A DNA stretch of 64,000 nucleotides from Proteromonas lacertae. Its lineage: Eukaryota. Of the stretch, positions 25,249 through 39,200 are shown in pieces (the stretch's first letter is position 1; every line of letters begins with the position of its first letter). The DNA lies in NCBI GenBank assembly GCA_002245135.1, contig NGBS01000584.1:310001-374000 (forward strand), given 5' to 3'. The notes beneath the pieces were generated by a model, which was given only the letters and a program-made list of their open reading frames with translations, did no database searches and was not told where the DNA came from. The position numbers and the translations under genes were made by a program.

Positions 25249-28200
25249 CTACTCATTGGCATATGGTGGTGGGTCTCTTATTGGTGAAGCTTCATTATCA
25301 CTAAATGTAGGAATTACAGATGTAGCACAAGAACTAGAAGAAGTAGTTGAACAAGATGAATCAGATGATGAAGGTCTATGTTTTGTTTTAGAGTCATCAG
25401 GATAATAGGTAAATGGTTCAGCAATTGGTGGATTATATGAATATGGAATGACAGCAGGACTTTCCATACGAGGTAACATTTGCTTTGGACTTTTAGCTGA
25501 ATGAATTTCAGTCTCTGATTCTGATCCACATTCACTTTCAGAATCACCACTTACTAATTCTCTAGCTTTTTCAACATCTTCTCTCAATTTATCAGCATGA
25601 GTCTTATCATGTGATTTTTGACTCTTTAGACTTTTATTCATCAAAATTGCATCAGCTGTAGCTGGTCTAATCATCACAGGTTCTTCAGCAATCACTGGAG
25701 TACAAGCTTGATATGGAGTTACATAAACAGGTGGGAATTGAGGGAAATATTGATGCTTGGTGAATGGATTTAATGGCATCATTGGTACTTCACTATCTGA
25801 AGATGATGTTGTATAATCTGAGGTATCTGAATAATCAGAATCTTCAGAATCAGTATACTCTTCAGTAGTTGTTGACATTTCATCATCAGTTACATTACCT
25901 CTTTCCATCACTTCTAAATCTCTGTGTGGTGGGAAACATGAATCACTCAATTCTGTGGATGTTGTTGGCACTTCTGACACTGTATCTGGTGGAATTAAAT
26001 GACTACTCATTGTTTCTTCCACTGCTGATTTTTCTTCAACTACTAATCTTTGTTCTTCAATATTTGCTGGTTCTACAGATGATATGTGTTCTTCTGGTGG
26101 TGGAGATTTTGGTTTTTCTTCTTCTTTTGGTATTTCTTCTTTTTCTTCTTTCTTGGATACTTCTAACACAAATACTTCATCTGTTTGTGTTTGTTGATCT
26201 GTTATTTCTATTGTTTGAGTTCCTGCATCTGTTGTACTTCCCAATGATTGAAGTGTTACTAAATTTGATTCAAGAACTACACTATCAACTAATGGCAATT
26301 TCTCTTCTTCTTCCATTACAGCTGGTTGTTCTTCAATTAGTGCTTCTTCTAATGGAGCTTCTTCTTCTTTTTCTTCTTCCTCTGCTGGTTTTTCTTCCTC
26401 TGTAACAGCAGCTTCTTCATTACCTTTTCTTTCTTCTTCAGCCAATCTCTCTTCTTCAGCTAATCTTTCCTCTTCAGCTTTTCTTTCCTCTTCAGCTTTT
26501 CTTTCCTCTTCAGCTTTTCTCTCTTCTTCTTCTTTCTCTATTTCAGCTTCAATATAAGCTTCAGCACTCATTAATTCTATTTCTCCAGGCATATATTCTT
26601 CATAAATAATTTCAATATTTTCATCTTTCACCAAGTTTCCATATTGACCAATTGATTCTCCTCTTCCTGGTGATAATTTTCTATCTGAGTTATATATTAA
26701 ATTAGGATCAATAGTTTGAATTCCAATCTCTCTTGGAATTGTCTTATTCATTTCTTCTTGTTCTAATTGTGATATTAAATCATCTATTACTACTTCAGCT
26801 TCAACTTCTTCCTCTGTTTTTTCTAATTCTTCACATACTAAATTACCATATTGACCAATTGCTTCACATCTACCTGGTGATAATAATCTATTTACATTAT
26901 TTAATAAATTAGGATCAAGTGTTTGTGTTTCTTCATCCACTGGAGTTGGTTTTTCTATTTCTGATGGTGATATTTCTATTTGTTCAATTAATTCATCAAT
27001 TATTTCACCATTTGTTGGTTCTTCCTCAGCTGGTTTCTCTTCTTCTTCAACTGGAGCAACTTCTTCTTCTGTTGGTTCTTCATATGGCATTTCTTCCTCT
27101 GTTGGAACTTCTTCTTCAGTTGGATGTTCTTCAGATGATATTTCTTCTTCAGTTGGTTGTTGTTCTTCTTCTACAGGTTGTTCTTCTTCTTCTACAGGTT
27201 GTTCTGGTTCTATTATTTCTAATTCTTCTTTCTTCGCTATATTACCATATTGACCAACAGCAAAGTTTCTACCAGGTGATAATTGTCTATCAGCATTATA
27301 TATTAAATTAGGATCTATTGTCTGAGTACCTTCTTCTATTGGTATTGATTTCTCCATTACTTCTTCTGTTGATCCTTCTGGATTTATTAATTCATCAACT
27401 ATAGCTTCTTCTCCTTCTATTTGATCTTCTTTATTCTCTTCTCCTTCCTCAGTTGGCTGTTCTTCTTCAGATGGTTGTTCAACTGTAATTTCTTCTTCTG
27501 AAGGTTGTTCTTCATCAACTGGAGTTTCTTCTTTATTTTCTTCTACTTCTTCTTCAGATGGTTTTTCTTCTTCACCTTCTGTTGGTTGTTGCTCTTCTTC
27601 AGATGGAATTTCCTCTTCTTTTGGAGTTTCTTCAACCACTTCTTCTCCTTTTCCACTTTTTTCTTCATTCACATTCTCATTCTCAGATTGAATTTCTTCT
27701 TTAGGACTTTCTAATGGAATTTCTTCATTATCAATAATATCAATCATCTTAGATTCTTCTATTCCATTATAACTATCTTCTTTCTCCATATAAGTTGGTC
27801 TTTTTGGTGAATTTTCTTTAGATTCATTTCTGAAATCAATATCTTCAGGTGGAATTGGTTCTCTTTCTATACCTGAAGTAGAAGTTGTTTCACTTACTGA
27901 TGCACTGGATGGCTCTTTTTCTATTGGTTCATATCTCTTATATTCACCACGATATACATCTTCATCAAATGGTGCTTTTAAATCAACAATTTGACTGGTT
28001 ACTAATCCTAATGTTATTGGACCAGTTGGTCTTTCATAATCACTATTACATTCAATCTCAAATGGCACAGATTCTACTAATGCACTTTCATTAAGACCAT
28101 CAACTAGTGGCTCTCTTTCTAATTCCTCTTCTTCATCTTTATCTACTTGAATTATTTCACTTTGTTGTTGAACCAATTGTAATTGTTGTTCTTCATAAGG

Positions 28201-29912
28201 TTCTGGTTGTGGTGGTTCTTGTTCTACTTCTTCAGAAATATTTATTCTATTGAAATCGGAGGGAGTTTGAGTTGATTGTTCCATTGGTGTTTGAGTTGAT
28301 ATTTCATTTGTTTTATTAAATACTTCTTCATGTGGAGCAACTTCAATTATTGGCTTTTCTTCAATGTATATTGGTTTTTCAATTGTAACTTCAGGTAATT
28401 GTGGTTCTTTCTTCTTCTCTTGCTTATCAGCAGTAGTTGGTTTAGATGGTGAAACAATAATTGGTGACTCTGCACGTATTGATGCATATTTTGGTGTAAC
28501 AGGTGGAGTTCTTTCAGGTAAAGCTGCACAACAGGTTACTGGCCTAACTGGTATTAATCTACTGGTTGATGACTTTGTTGGTGATGTTGTATTGGGTCTC
28601 TTAAGGTCTTCTGGTGATATTGTCTCTACTACCATTGTTGGACTAGTTGTTTCACCTGATTTTTGTAGTTCAGATTCTTCATCAGGTGGTAGTGCTTTGG
28701 GAGGTACTGGAAGTGGTACTGGTGATGTATTTGGTGATATATCAGTTTGAGGTTGTTGTTTACTTAAATCTGGCACAAATGGTTCATCATGGAATGACAT
28801 TATCTTCATTTGTAATTCAGTCAAATGCTTTGCTCTTTCATCTGAATAGTCATAATTCTCCGAGTATAATGTATTATCGTTACTAACTACACTCACATCA
28901 GGATAAGAACTACCTGAAGACATATCAGATGTCATATCAACCAATGGAGCTGTACTTGCAGATGGAGGAACATTACCAACTACTGGAGCTCTCATTGGGG
29001 TTTGATAATTTTGATGCACCTGAACTGGAATTGCAGCATTATTGGAATCTAATGGTGGGAATACTGGTGTTGATTGTACTAATCTTCCTCCTTGTGGTTG
29101 TTGTTGTAGTGATGAAGCTGATGATGATGAAGTATCATACGATGGACGTGATAATGTCTGAGGATAAGGAGGTGGAACAATAACACCTCCTCCACTTTGA
29201 TAGGTATTGCTATTATTATTATTATTATTATTATTCAATGTATTAGATGGAGAAAGTCTTTGATTGGTGGATTGCATTGATTGTGAAGGTAGTGATTGAG
29301 AATGATTGAGTGATTTCTGTAATGGTTGGGTTTGATACTGTGTTTGAGTCTGTTGTTGTATTGGTGGGAATACTCCATAACTTTGTGATAATGGTGTTGG
29401 TACTGAATCATTGGTTAAAAATGAAGCAGAAAATGGTCTTTCATTTTCCACAGCATCTGGGTCTAATCCTTCGGCTCTCATTCTTTCTCTTTTATTATAC
29501 TTCTGCCTCCTGTTAAATAAGAATGATATATGAGGGAATAATGCTATATTACGTTGTTCTAGCAACATTCCAAACATATGTAATCTTCCAAGAAAACCTC
29601 GAGTTCTATTGATTATATTCTAATGAAACATACACTTTTTGAATATTTATAGCTGACAAAGAACGATAAGGATTGACAAATCCATTTGGTTGTTCAGGAC
29701 TAGGCAATAATAACACTATTATACTCTTCAAAAAAGTGAAAATCATCATATTGTTGTTGATATGTATGAGCTTGTATTACTGTCATTTGAAAGATATTGC
29801 CAGGTCTTTTCATCTTCAACAATTTTGTCAATCGCGATAACTTTGGCTTCATATTAGTCACTTTAGGCAAACCTTTCGTCGCTTTACCTCTTCTGTGTAG
29901 TGAAGTTTTCAT
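25249..29912 (-). CDS. Large acidic, low-complexity protein with internal repeats (~1,500 aa), function unknown
   Basis: 1442-aa ORF plus two upstream basic exons (MKTSLHRRGK...) joined by short GT-AG introns. E/P-rich, EEERKA tandem repeats and three ~32-aa repeats. Confidence 0.8.
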
Positions 29913-29972
29913 TTGAAATAAAACTGTAACGATATGTATTTTACTGAGTAATTTACTCAATTCTCATATTTT

Positions 29973-31170
29973 ATGACATTTTCATTTTTCTTGAAAAGGA
30001 CAATCACAACAAACACAATTCAAAATGGATTTATTCCTCTGATAAAAAGTAAGAGGTTCAATTAATTAATTTGAATAGAATCTGGAATTACATCTGCTAC
30101 AGCTGTAGGTGAAGTAAAAAGATTATTGAAATTGAAAAAAGTTGGACATTCTGGAACATTGGATAAATTAGCTTCTGGTGTATTGGTCTTAGCAGCTGGA
30201 TCGGCAACAAAACTTATTCCTGTATTATAAATTATTTGAAACAATTAGTATTTGTGGAAATATAAGGAATATAAATCAATAATGAAATTAGGAATTGGTT
30301 CTGACACATATGATCGAGATGGACAATGTAATGATATGTCTCCAGTTGGATTCATAGAAGAGCCAATATTTTATAAAGTCATTTCATCGTATGAACAATT
30401 TTATTATTTTTATATAGTTTTATAGGAGATGATATTGATCAAATTCCACCAGTATATAGTGCATTAAAAAAGGATGGTAAAAGATTATCAGATAGAATAA
30501 GAAGTGGTGAAAACATTGAAGAACAATCATTAAAACCAAGGAAAATATCAATTTATGATTTAAACTGTGAAGATTTCATTCAAGAAAACTATCCTGAAGT
30601 TACATTCACAGTAAAATGTTCTGGTGGTACTTATATAAGGTCTTTAGTTAGAGATATAGGTATAAAATTAAGTGAATATTATAACAAATCAGTTCCAACA
30701 ATGATGTGGGAATTATTGAGAGTTAATAGCAATGGATTTAATATAAATGAAAGCTTTACGTTAGAGTATATATTTATATATTTATTACTTAATAATTGTA
30801 TATAGAGAAATACAGGAGAAAGTAAAGAATAATGATTATTCGTTTTGGATTAAACCAGATGAAGCTTTTGAAAGATATCTGTCTGTCATTTATCCTTTAG
30901 AAAGTATGTTTTACATTTTGTTTATTTTGAATAGAAATAAAAAAGAGTGATAGAGGAAGAAAATCAATTTCTGTATTTTCTGATCTGTATTAATTTAGAT
31001 ATTTTATTCAAATATAGAATAAAACGAAATGTGAATCAAGTTGTTACATTAAGAGATAGTATATATATTTTGATGTATATATTCTTAATCTAGACAATTA
31101 CAAAATATGGTCAATATGCTATGTTAAAAGTGAAAACAAAGTAGATGTTGTATGGGAAAATAGTAAGTGA
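29973..31170 (+). CDS. TRUB: tRNA pseudouridine-55 synthase TruB, probably organelle-targeted; multi-exon, absent from the ORF track
   Basis: Spliced [12 protein letters not shown]...[43 protein letters not shown] and [15 protein letters not shown]. About six introns; 3' end less certain. Confidence 0.9.
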
Positions 31171-31361
31171 TAGTTGATAAATAGAATTAGATGATGTACG
31201 TAATAATTTATAATGAATCTTACCTGTATCATGTTTTAAATAATAATCATTGTGTGTATTAGTTATGATTATATATATCCCATAAATCATTCAAAAATAT
31301 AGAGGAAGAATTAATCATTATTTTAGATTAGTTATTACTATTCATCCCATGTTTTCTAAAT

Positions 31362-31781
31362 TCATATTTGACGCTGGTAATTTCTGCATTCACAACATAT
31401 TTTTGATATTTTATAGCCACTTCTTCTGCTATAAACAACGAAGTGAGATAATGGTAGAGCATGTGCCAATCTGCTGCATTGATATAATATCATTCCATTA
31501 TAATCAAAATCATCAAAAACAGAAATATTTAATTCAAGAGGAGAGATATTGCGTTCTTTCACACAAGCAGCGCATATCATATCACCATTACTCAGTTTAA
31601 ACATGTTAAGAATACTAATGTCTTCTCTACAAGCACTGCATCTTACTAATGTATTTTGTAATGCTACAAATCTTTCTTTTAGCTCTTCAGTAATATTTTG
31701 ATTTCTATCCAACTTAAATCCTTGAGTATGTTTACAATAAACACTTTTGCAAAGTTTTCTTCTTCTTTCAACAGTTCTCAT
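31362..31781 (-). CDS. Small Cys-rich putative zinc-binding protein
   Basis: 139 aa with CxxC pairs (CSAC, CAAC, CSRL..H, CCEC); family not recognised. Confidence 0.6.
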   Translation of the reverse strand: MRTVERRRKLCKSVYCKHTQGFKLDRNQNITEELKERFVALQNTLVRCSACREDISILNMFKLSNGDMICAACVKERNISPLELNISVFDDFDYNGMILYQCSRLAHALPLSHFVVYSRRSGYKISKICCECRNYQRQI

Positions 31782-32234
31782 AGTGTTATTTTGATAAAAG
31801 CTAAATTGTTTTTTGTTTATATTATTATACTATTTAATAAAGCCTCGAATTTAAATCAACATAGAAAAATGAATTTAATTGGTTAAAGACAATTGGTTTA
31901 TGAAAAATAAAATGGGGGTTTAAAATAATTTTGGGATAGAATTAAAATCTCTAATATTTAAAGATGTTTCAAAAACTAATATGTATCAATAATACACATT
32001 ACTATCAAATGATCAATATAAAAAGATAATAAAAAGTCAGAAACAATATATTGCTAATATTTCTACAAATCGATCTTATATTTTGCTAATAAGCATATTA
32101 TTACAAACAAGAATATCTTTATTAGAATTATAACATTTTTGTTTATCTATAGCAACTCTGTGATTAGAAAAATGAATTTAATACTAATTTATATTGACAT
32201 TGTCATAATTGTGTAGCAATTTGCATTTCTTAAA

Positions 32235-34364
32235 ATGAAAGTATTTAATTCATATATCAGTGAAAACGGGTATTATATAAATTAAATGTAACAAAAATAG
32301 ACTATGCAGACGAATTGCAAATCACGGTTTTGGAGATTTAAAGGTTTTAGTTGGAGGAGAAGAAATAATTAGTTCAAAGGCCGTTTTCATAGTTTCAAAC
32401 CCTATATTCAAAGAATTGATAGAAAATAGTGAAAATGGTAATACTGTTGAATTATATGAGGATTGTAGTATTGAATCATTTTTTGAGTTAGAAAAGTATT
32501 ACAGTGGAGGGCGTATAAATATAAATCAGAATAATGTGTGTGAATTGTTTTCAACATGCATTTATTACAATGAATCTAAAGTTATTCCAAGTTGTTTGAA
32601 GTTTATAAAAGTACATTTAAATGAAGAAATAATAATAAAATTGATAAGAACGGTTAATCTATACGAAGATAATATTACTATTGAAGGAATGAAAGAAGTG
32701 ATAAGAGAATTAAAGATTATAATTGGTAGTTATGTAAAGAAAAATGGATATAAACTATTGAAAGAAGAATATTTGAATGAATTAGAAGTGAAGGATTTGA
32801 GAATGATATTAAAAGAAATGAAATATGTAAAGAATAATGAGAATCGGCTGTTTAATATACTGTTCAAAAAATATGATACTGAAATGAAAAACGAGCTGCA
32901 TGATGAAAAAGAAAAGATTGAAATAGAGAATGAATATATTGACTTAATAATTCAAACAATTTATTTTGATAGAATAGAAATGATATTATTAAAACCAACA
33001 GAGCTTGATTTCATAAAAGATAAAATGAAATTACCACAACTTTTGTGTAGAAATAACTATAACAAGAATAATCATATATACATTAATTTAGAAAAGATAA
33101 AAGATGAAGAAATCGAAGAAATAATCAATAAATATTATAATGAAGATGAATTAATTACAATTGAAGAAAGAGATATAGAAATATTAAAAAAGAACAATCT
33201 AATAGAAATAATAGAAATGTTAATACAACATGAAGATATAAAAATGAAAGAGATAGGCATGATGATTATTCTTGATAGTAAAATGAAAAGTGAAAATGTA
33301 AATATGATAATTATCAAAGAAGAAATGTCTAAACTAATTATGTTATTTTCAAATGAATACAAATCAAATGAAAGAGAAAGATTATATAAATGCTTTTGTT
33401 TATTCATTAAAGATATAGATACTATATCAACAATTAGATATTTATGTGGAATAGAAATATTCTTTCATATATTGAATTATTGTTGTTATTTAAATAATGA
33501 TATAAAAGAAATATTAATCACTTATATAAGAAATCAAATTTGCAGCGATAATGATTATGAAATGATGATAAAACAGTGTACAATAAAGAAATTATATCAG
33601 AATTAATAATAGTTACCTATCCTTCATCAAAATTAAAAATATGTGGATCATTTTCTATTATAACAATATATAATGGTAAAATTTGTAAATTTTCTATAAA
33701 TCCACAATTGCCAAATGGAATATACTTAAATTCTATATCAGGAGAAATTTATGGTTGTATTGTAAGAGAAATTGATGAAACTAATTGTACAGTTAAATGT
33801 GAGAATTTGTTTAACTATTTGGATTATAAAATTTCATTTGATTATGAAAATGTGGTATTTTCTGAAGATAATAAAGATGAATATATATCAATTAACAATG
33901 ATGGCAAAATAATAACAAATAATGATAAACAAAATTTTATGAGTCATTGTTTCATCAATTTAAAAATGGATAAAGGGTTTTATTGCTTCAAGTTTAAATT
34001 TATGTCAAATTATTCACATATTACTTCAACATCCTTTGATATATCTACCGTAATATGTAAAGGAAGTTATGGTAACTATGAGAATTATTCATGCGTATAT
34101 GTTATAAATAAGGGGAAAAGTGAAGATATTACTTCAAGATGTCATATTGGAACAGTTGTTAATAAAAATCCAAATTTCGATGGTTGTGGAGATGGATCAA
34201 TTTATGAAGTGATTGTTGATATGAATAAAAGAGAATTTTGGACTAGTCATAATGATTCATCTCCTGTTTTACTTGTTAAAGATTTACCTTCTCCATTATA
34301 TCTAAGCTGTGAACCAGGATCAAAATGCTCAAAAGAATTATTATCTTATGTTCACTATGAATAA
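32235..34364 (+). CDS. BTB/POZ-domain protein with helical region, one putative Ig repeat and a SPRY-like C-terminus
   Basis: Spliced GDLKVLVGGEEIISSKAVFIVSNPIFKEL (BTB). A 35-nt intron (33578-33612) joins the two ORFs. PQLPNGIYLNSISGEIYG Ig repeat; GDGSIYEVIVDMNKREFW SPRY-like segment. Confidence 0.75.
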
Positions 34365-34790
34365 TTATTAGTATTTGTCCATTATTTTGTTCTTCTAATT
34401 CATCTTTTACAAACAACAATGTTATTTGTTTTACAAAATAATGTGGAGATACTAAATTAATTTGATAAAAAATTAAAAAGTGTTATTATTTAAAGATATA
34501 TAAAAAAGTGTATTTACATTACGTGTTATACTTCATAGTATAATTGGTGTATGTTAAAATACAAAAGTATTTATTTATAGTGATTAAAAGTGAAAATAAA
34601 GTAGATACTATACGTAAAAAACAACAATAAGTAGTTATCATTCGTTATAAGTATGTGTTTTCAACAAAATCTTTTCATTCATGCAAGTGTAATTTTTAGT
34701 TTTAATATTTTGAAAAAAACGGAATTTGATAGTTTTTATCTTGATTTATTTCCTCTAATCCCATTTATATTAATTCTGTTGTATTTTATA

Positions 34791-36041
34791 ATGGATCCAC
34801 TATCATTTAACTCGATATTCTCACAAGTATTAAGTTTATTTCTAATTGATTAGAGATATACTCCTTCTCTTTATAAATCCCCACACCCAGAAGATGAGAC
34901 TCGTGAAGAAATAGACCCAGAAGATATAGAATATCTTAATATCATTGGTACAGGCTCTTTTTCTAAAGTGATTCTTGCGAAAGATAATAGCACAGGAATG
35001 AAATATGCTTTAAAAGTTATGAAAAAGAATAATGTATTTTTTAATTATATTTATATCACTCAATAGCTTATAAAATTAAATCAGATCTCACAAATCTTCA
35101 ATGAAGTGAAGATTCATTTCTGTCTATTACATCCCAACATCGCAAGACCAATAGCATTCTGGCATGATGATAATACAATTTATTTATTAACAGAGTATGT
35201 TCCAGGAGGTGAATTATTCACATTACTTCGAGATAAGAAAAGATTCACCTCAGAAATGGCAAAATTTTATATTACACAAGTAATTTCGTTTTTAGAATAT
35301 ATTCATTCAATGAACGTAGTATACAGAGACCTTAAACCAGAAAACCTTATGATTTCCTCTAATGGTTATTTGAAAGTAATAGATTTCGGTTTTGCTAAAG
35401 AAGTTGAAGATCATACATTCACCTTCTGTGGTACAGTGGATTATATATCACCAGAAGTAATAAAATGCCAAGGACATACAATATATAGTGATTATTGGAG
35501 CTTAGGAGTGTTGTTATTTGAATTTCTAACTGGTTATACTCCATTTATGGCTAAAACACCAATGAAAACCTATGAAAAGATAATGAAATGTGATTATGTA
35601 ATTCCTGGTATTGTAAATCCATTAGCAAGAGATTTGATAAAGAAATTATTAGTAATTGATACTACAAAGAGATTAGGTTGTCAACACAATGGTATTGAAG
35701 ATATAATGTTACATGAATGGTTTGCTTATTATCAAAGAAACAAATTTAATTGGAGATTCATTTATGAACAGAAATATGATGCTCCTTATGTACCAACATT
35801 AAATTCACCCAATCAATCAACAATTGATGAAGAAAAAGCTAAGAAAGAATTGGATGAATTAGACAACAATGATATTATGTTAAGTAAACAACAAGTGTTG
35901 TTATTTGATTGTTTTAATGATTTGATTAATATTGTGAATAAACATGATATTAATGGAAATATGGGTGAAGAAGGAGAAGAAGAGGAAGGAAAAGCTGAAG
36001 AGAAAAAGGATGATGTTGGTGGTGAAGAAAAGAAAGAATAA
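34791..36041 (+). CDS. cAMP-dependent protein kinase catalytic subunit-like kinase
   Basis: GTGSFS, YALK, GGELF, YRDLKPEN, DFGFAK and TFCGT motifs; two introns. Confidence 0.92.
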
Positions 36042-36212
36042 TAATGATTTATTTATTACATAATTTTATTAAAAGATTAGAAAAACATACATCAGAATTT
36101 ATTTATTATTTATTATTAAGGTGTTGTATGTTTAAATTTATTTCCCTATTTTTTCATTTATTTTTATAGGAGGTACAATACAAAGCAAAAAAAAACTCAA
36201 TAAACTAAGGAA

Positions 36213-39200
36213 TTAAAGAAAAGGCATCCATCCCATATACATTTTGTATAGATTCTCTTGTTTCTTTGCCTCATTAATCAATAAATTCACTTGTCCTTCT
36301 ACATTCAATGGCAAATTGTGACTTGGTAACTGATTACTCTTATTTCTAAAAGTATCAAGATTATATCTATAAAATAATCATATATATATAATATTTATAC
36401 ATTCCATTCAATCTTTCTTTAACTCTATCTAAAGTAATCTGAGGATCTAAGAATGTCAAAATCATTCCATTATCAGAAGAACTTGTCTTTCTCTTATTCC
36501 ATTCAACCAATGGATCTTATAATAATTAAAGAAATATCATAAATTATTATGACAAAAAATGATATATGAATAAATGGATCTAATTGGTTAATCAACTCAT
36601 TTCTATTATCTCTACATACTTTCATAGTAATTTCACAACTCTTTCTAAATGCACCTTCTACGCCTAGCACTCCCATTCCATCAATAATATTTGGAGTCAA
36701 TCTAAAAGGCACAACTTCAGGATATCTTAAAGACAAACCTTTATCAAATATACAATCAAAATCAACATGCACACATTCACTATTCTTAGTATCGATTAAT
36801 ATATTCTCACCATGTCTATCACCTAAGCCAATAATATGACCCAAAATACACCATACTGAACAACTTCGAATATAATTTTGTTTATTTTCATACCACTTTG
36901 TTGGATCTACGAAATGTTTCATAAACCATTTATGAAATTCTAATGGAAATCGACTTAATATTTCTGCTTTATATTGAGATTTTATATCATTATAATTTCT
37001 CTTTTGCAAATCTTGATATTTGTTAGATATTAATCTCAATTTAATTTGTGGTTTTTCATTGTATACTTCAGACATACACGAATTGAAACTTTGAGTATTA
37101 CTAACCCATTCTAATAAACCAGTATCAGCAGCAAGACAAATAACAGAGTATGTTCGAATATGTAATTTCCTTTTTCTACTTTCTATATTATTATTGAATA
37201 ATCTATTGATTAAAGTAGCAAAATCCATCAATCTACTATCTTTTCTTAAATCTCCTTTACTTTCAGTTTTACATAGAAATTTATATTTTCTACCATTACT
37301 TGCATTAGAAACAATTGTTTTAGGTCTTTCTTTAGATGGCATTATTTGTGCTTCACGATCAAAATCTTTTATTATTATATTAGAATTAGGAAATCTCTCT
37401 GTAATTTCATCATTTCTTTCACTTATATCATTTGGTAAAGATATTGTTAACACACTTTTTATTGGAACAACAATCTTGGCAGTGATTAAATTCTTTATAT
37501 TCAATTGGCAATCCATTGTATTTGTTGTTGCTTTCTTCTTTGCTAAAACAGTCAATTTATCATCTAAACTATCAACAGCAACAAATAATAATGATTTGTC
37601 TATTCCTTTATTACTATTCTTTTTATCTAATGATTTTACTTTATCTAATAAACTTAAGGCATTCTTTCTTCTTGTTTCATCTACATTACCATCTACTTTC
37701 TTTGTTAATGATATAATATTCCATATCATCTGTTGAGGGAATGTAATTAATAGTTTAACAATAATATCAGATACTATTTTTCTAACTGAATTATCTGGAT
37801 GACATATTCGTGATAATAATTGACCTGATATAATATACCATTGATAATAATTAATATTCTGAAATAATGTATAAACCTGTTTATTTAAACTAGTTTTAAC
37901 ATTATCTAGATTCTTATTATGATTGATATTTTCAGAAGTAGTTTGACTTGAATTGGCTGTTAAATATAAGTTGATAGATTCAATTGTATTGAACCATATA
38001 GTCATTAAACGTGGTAAACATTCATATAAATATTTCACACCATGCTGTAAAGTTTGACCATAGAGTTTGATGGCTTGTTCAACACAGATTGAGTGATTTC
38101 TTAATACTTCATATTTCGTTAAATCACTGAACATTAATGATGTATCATCTATTAGTTTGGCAAAATGATAATATGCATCTTCACTACTTGAATCGTAATG
38201 TTTTATAATGTCATTGAAATTGTTTTTTAATTCATCTGTTTGAATTCTTCCACTTTCACTAGACCATATTGTGTATAATAATTTACACTTAGCAAACTCT
38301 TTGGCTGTGTATTTTTGACTGCTTATATCCCATTTCATAATATTTAATAATTCATCCAAACTTTCCTTTGTTTTACCTCTTATATGGTTTAATTCAGCTT
38401 TTGCAATGATGAAATCAAAACTATTATCATATAATAAACAATATTCACTGTAGATATAATTTCCATTATTTTTATATTGGTTTGATTCCTCGAGCCAACA
38501 TTTTGAAATTTCTTCTTTTTTATTGCAGAATCCATACAGTGTTCTGTGTAAGAATAATATATTTGTTTTATAGTTCAATTGTGGAGTTATTATATTGTAT
38601 CTGTTCTCCCAGTAGTTGAAAGTTTCAGTCAATCTTGTATTAACATCCAATTGTTGGTTATTATCATCGTTTATGATATTGACATACTCATTAATTTCAT
38701 TCAATATGTGTAATTGTAATATATTATCATATGATCGATTGTAACTCTCAATGATAGAGGCACTTAAGCAATCGCTGATATGATTTAAACTACTATTCAA
38801 TAAATCTTTAGTATGTGAGTAATCTTTGTTATATATTGATAATAACAGTAAATTCACATAAATACCAAATTGATCATTAATAATCTGATTATTGTTGTAT
38901 AATATATTATTCTTTGTGGTAATGAAGTGTGTATAATTTGTAGTAATCTCATCCCATTTCCCCATTTTACTTTTAGCTTCAATAATAGAAGGAATTAAAG
39001 TTAAATATAATCCATAATTCTTATCTTCTAAAGATTCAATATTTGTTGATATTAACTCATATTGTCCTAAATACTTCCAATTTTCAATCATTCCATTATA
39101 AATACTATATAAATCCATCAAATTGTTGTTATATAAGTATTCGTAACATAACAAAGCTTCTGTATAATTGTTATTCAGTTTATATCTCATTATTTTCTCT

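Noticed and set aside
25869..29516. Hydrophobic Leu/Phe-rich plus-strand ORFs (and similar short antisense ORFs throughout the track)
   Set aside because: They are antisense shadows of GAA-rich coding sequence and carry no independent motifs.
33576..33612. Overlapping ORFs suggesting a frameshift in the BTB gene (likewise 7318-7357, 17282-17436, 46660-46704)
   Set aside because: Each is resolved by a canonical short GT-AG intron.
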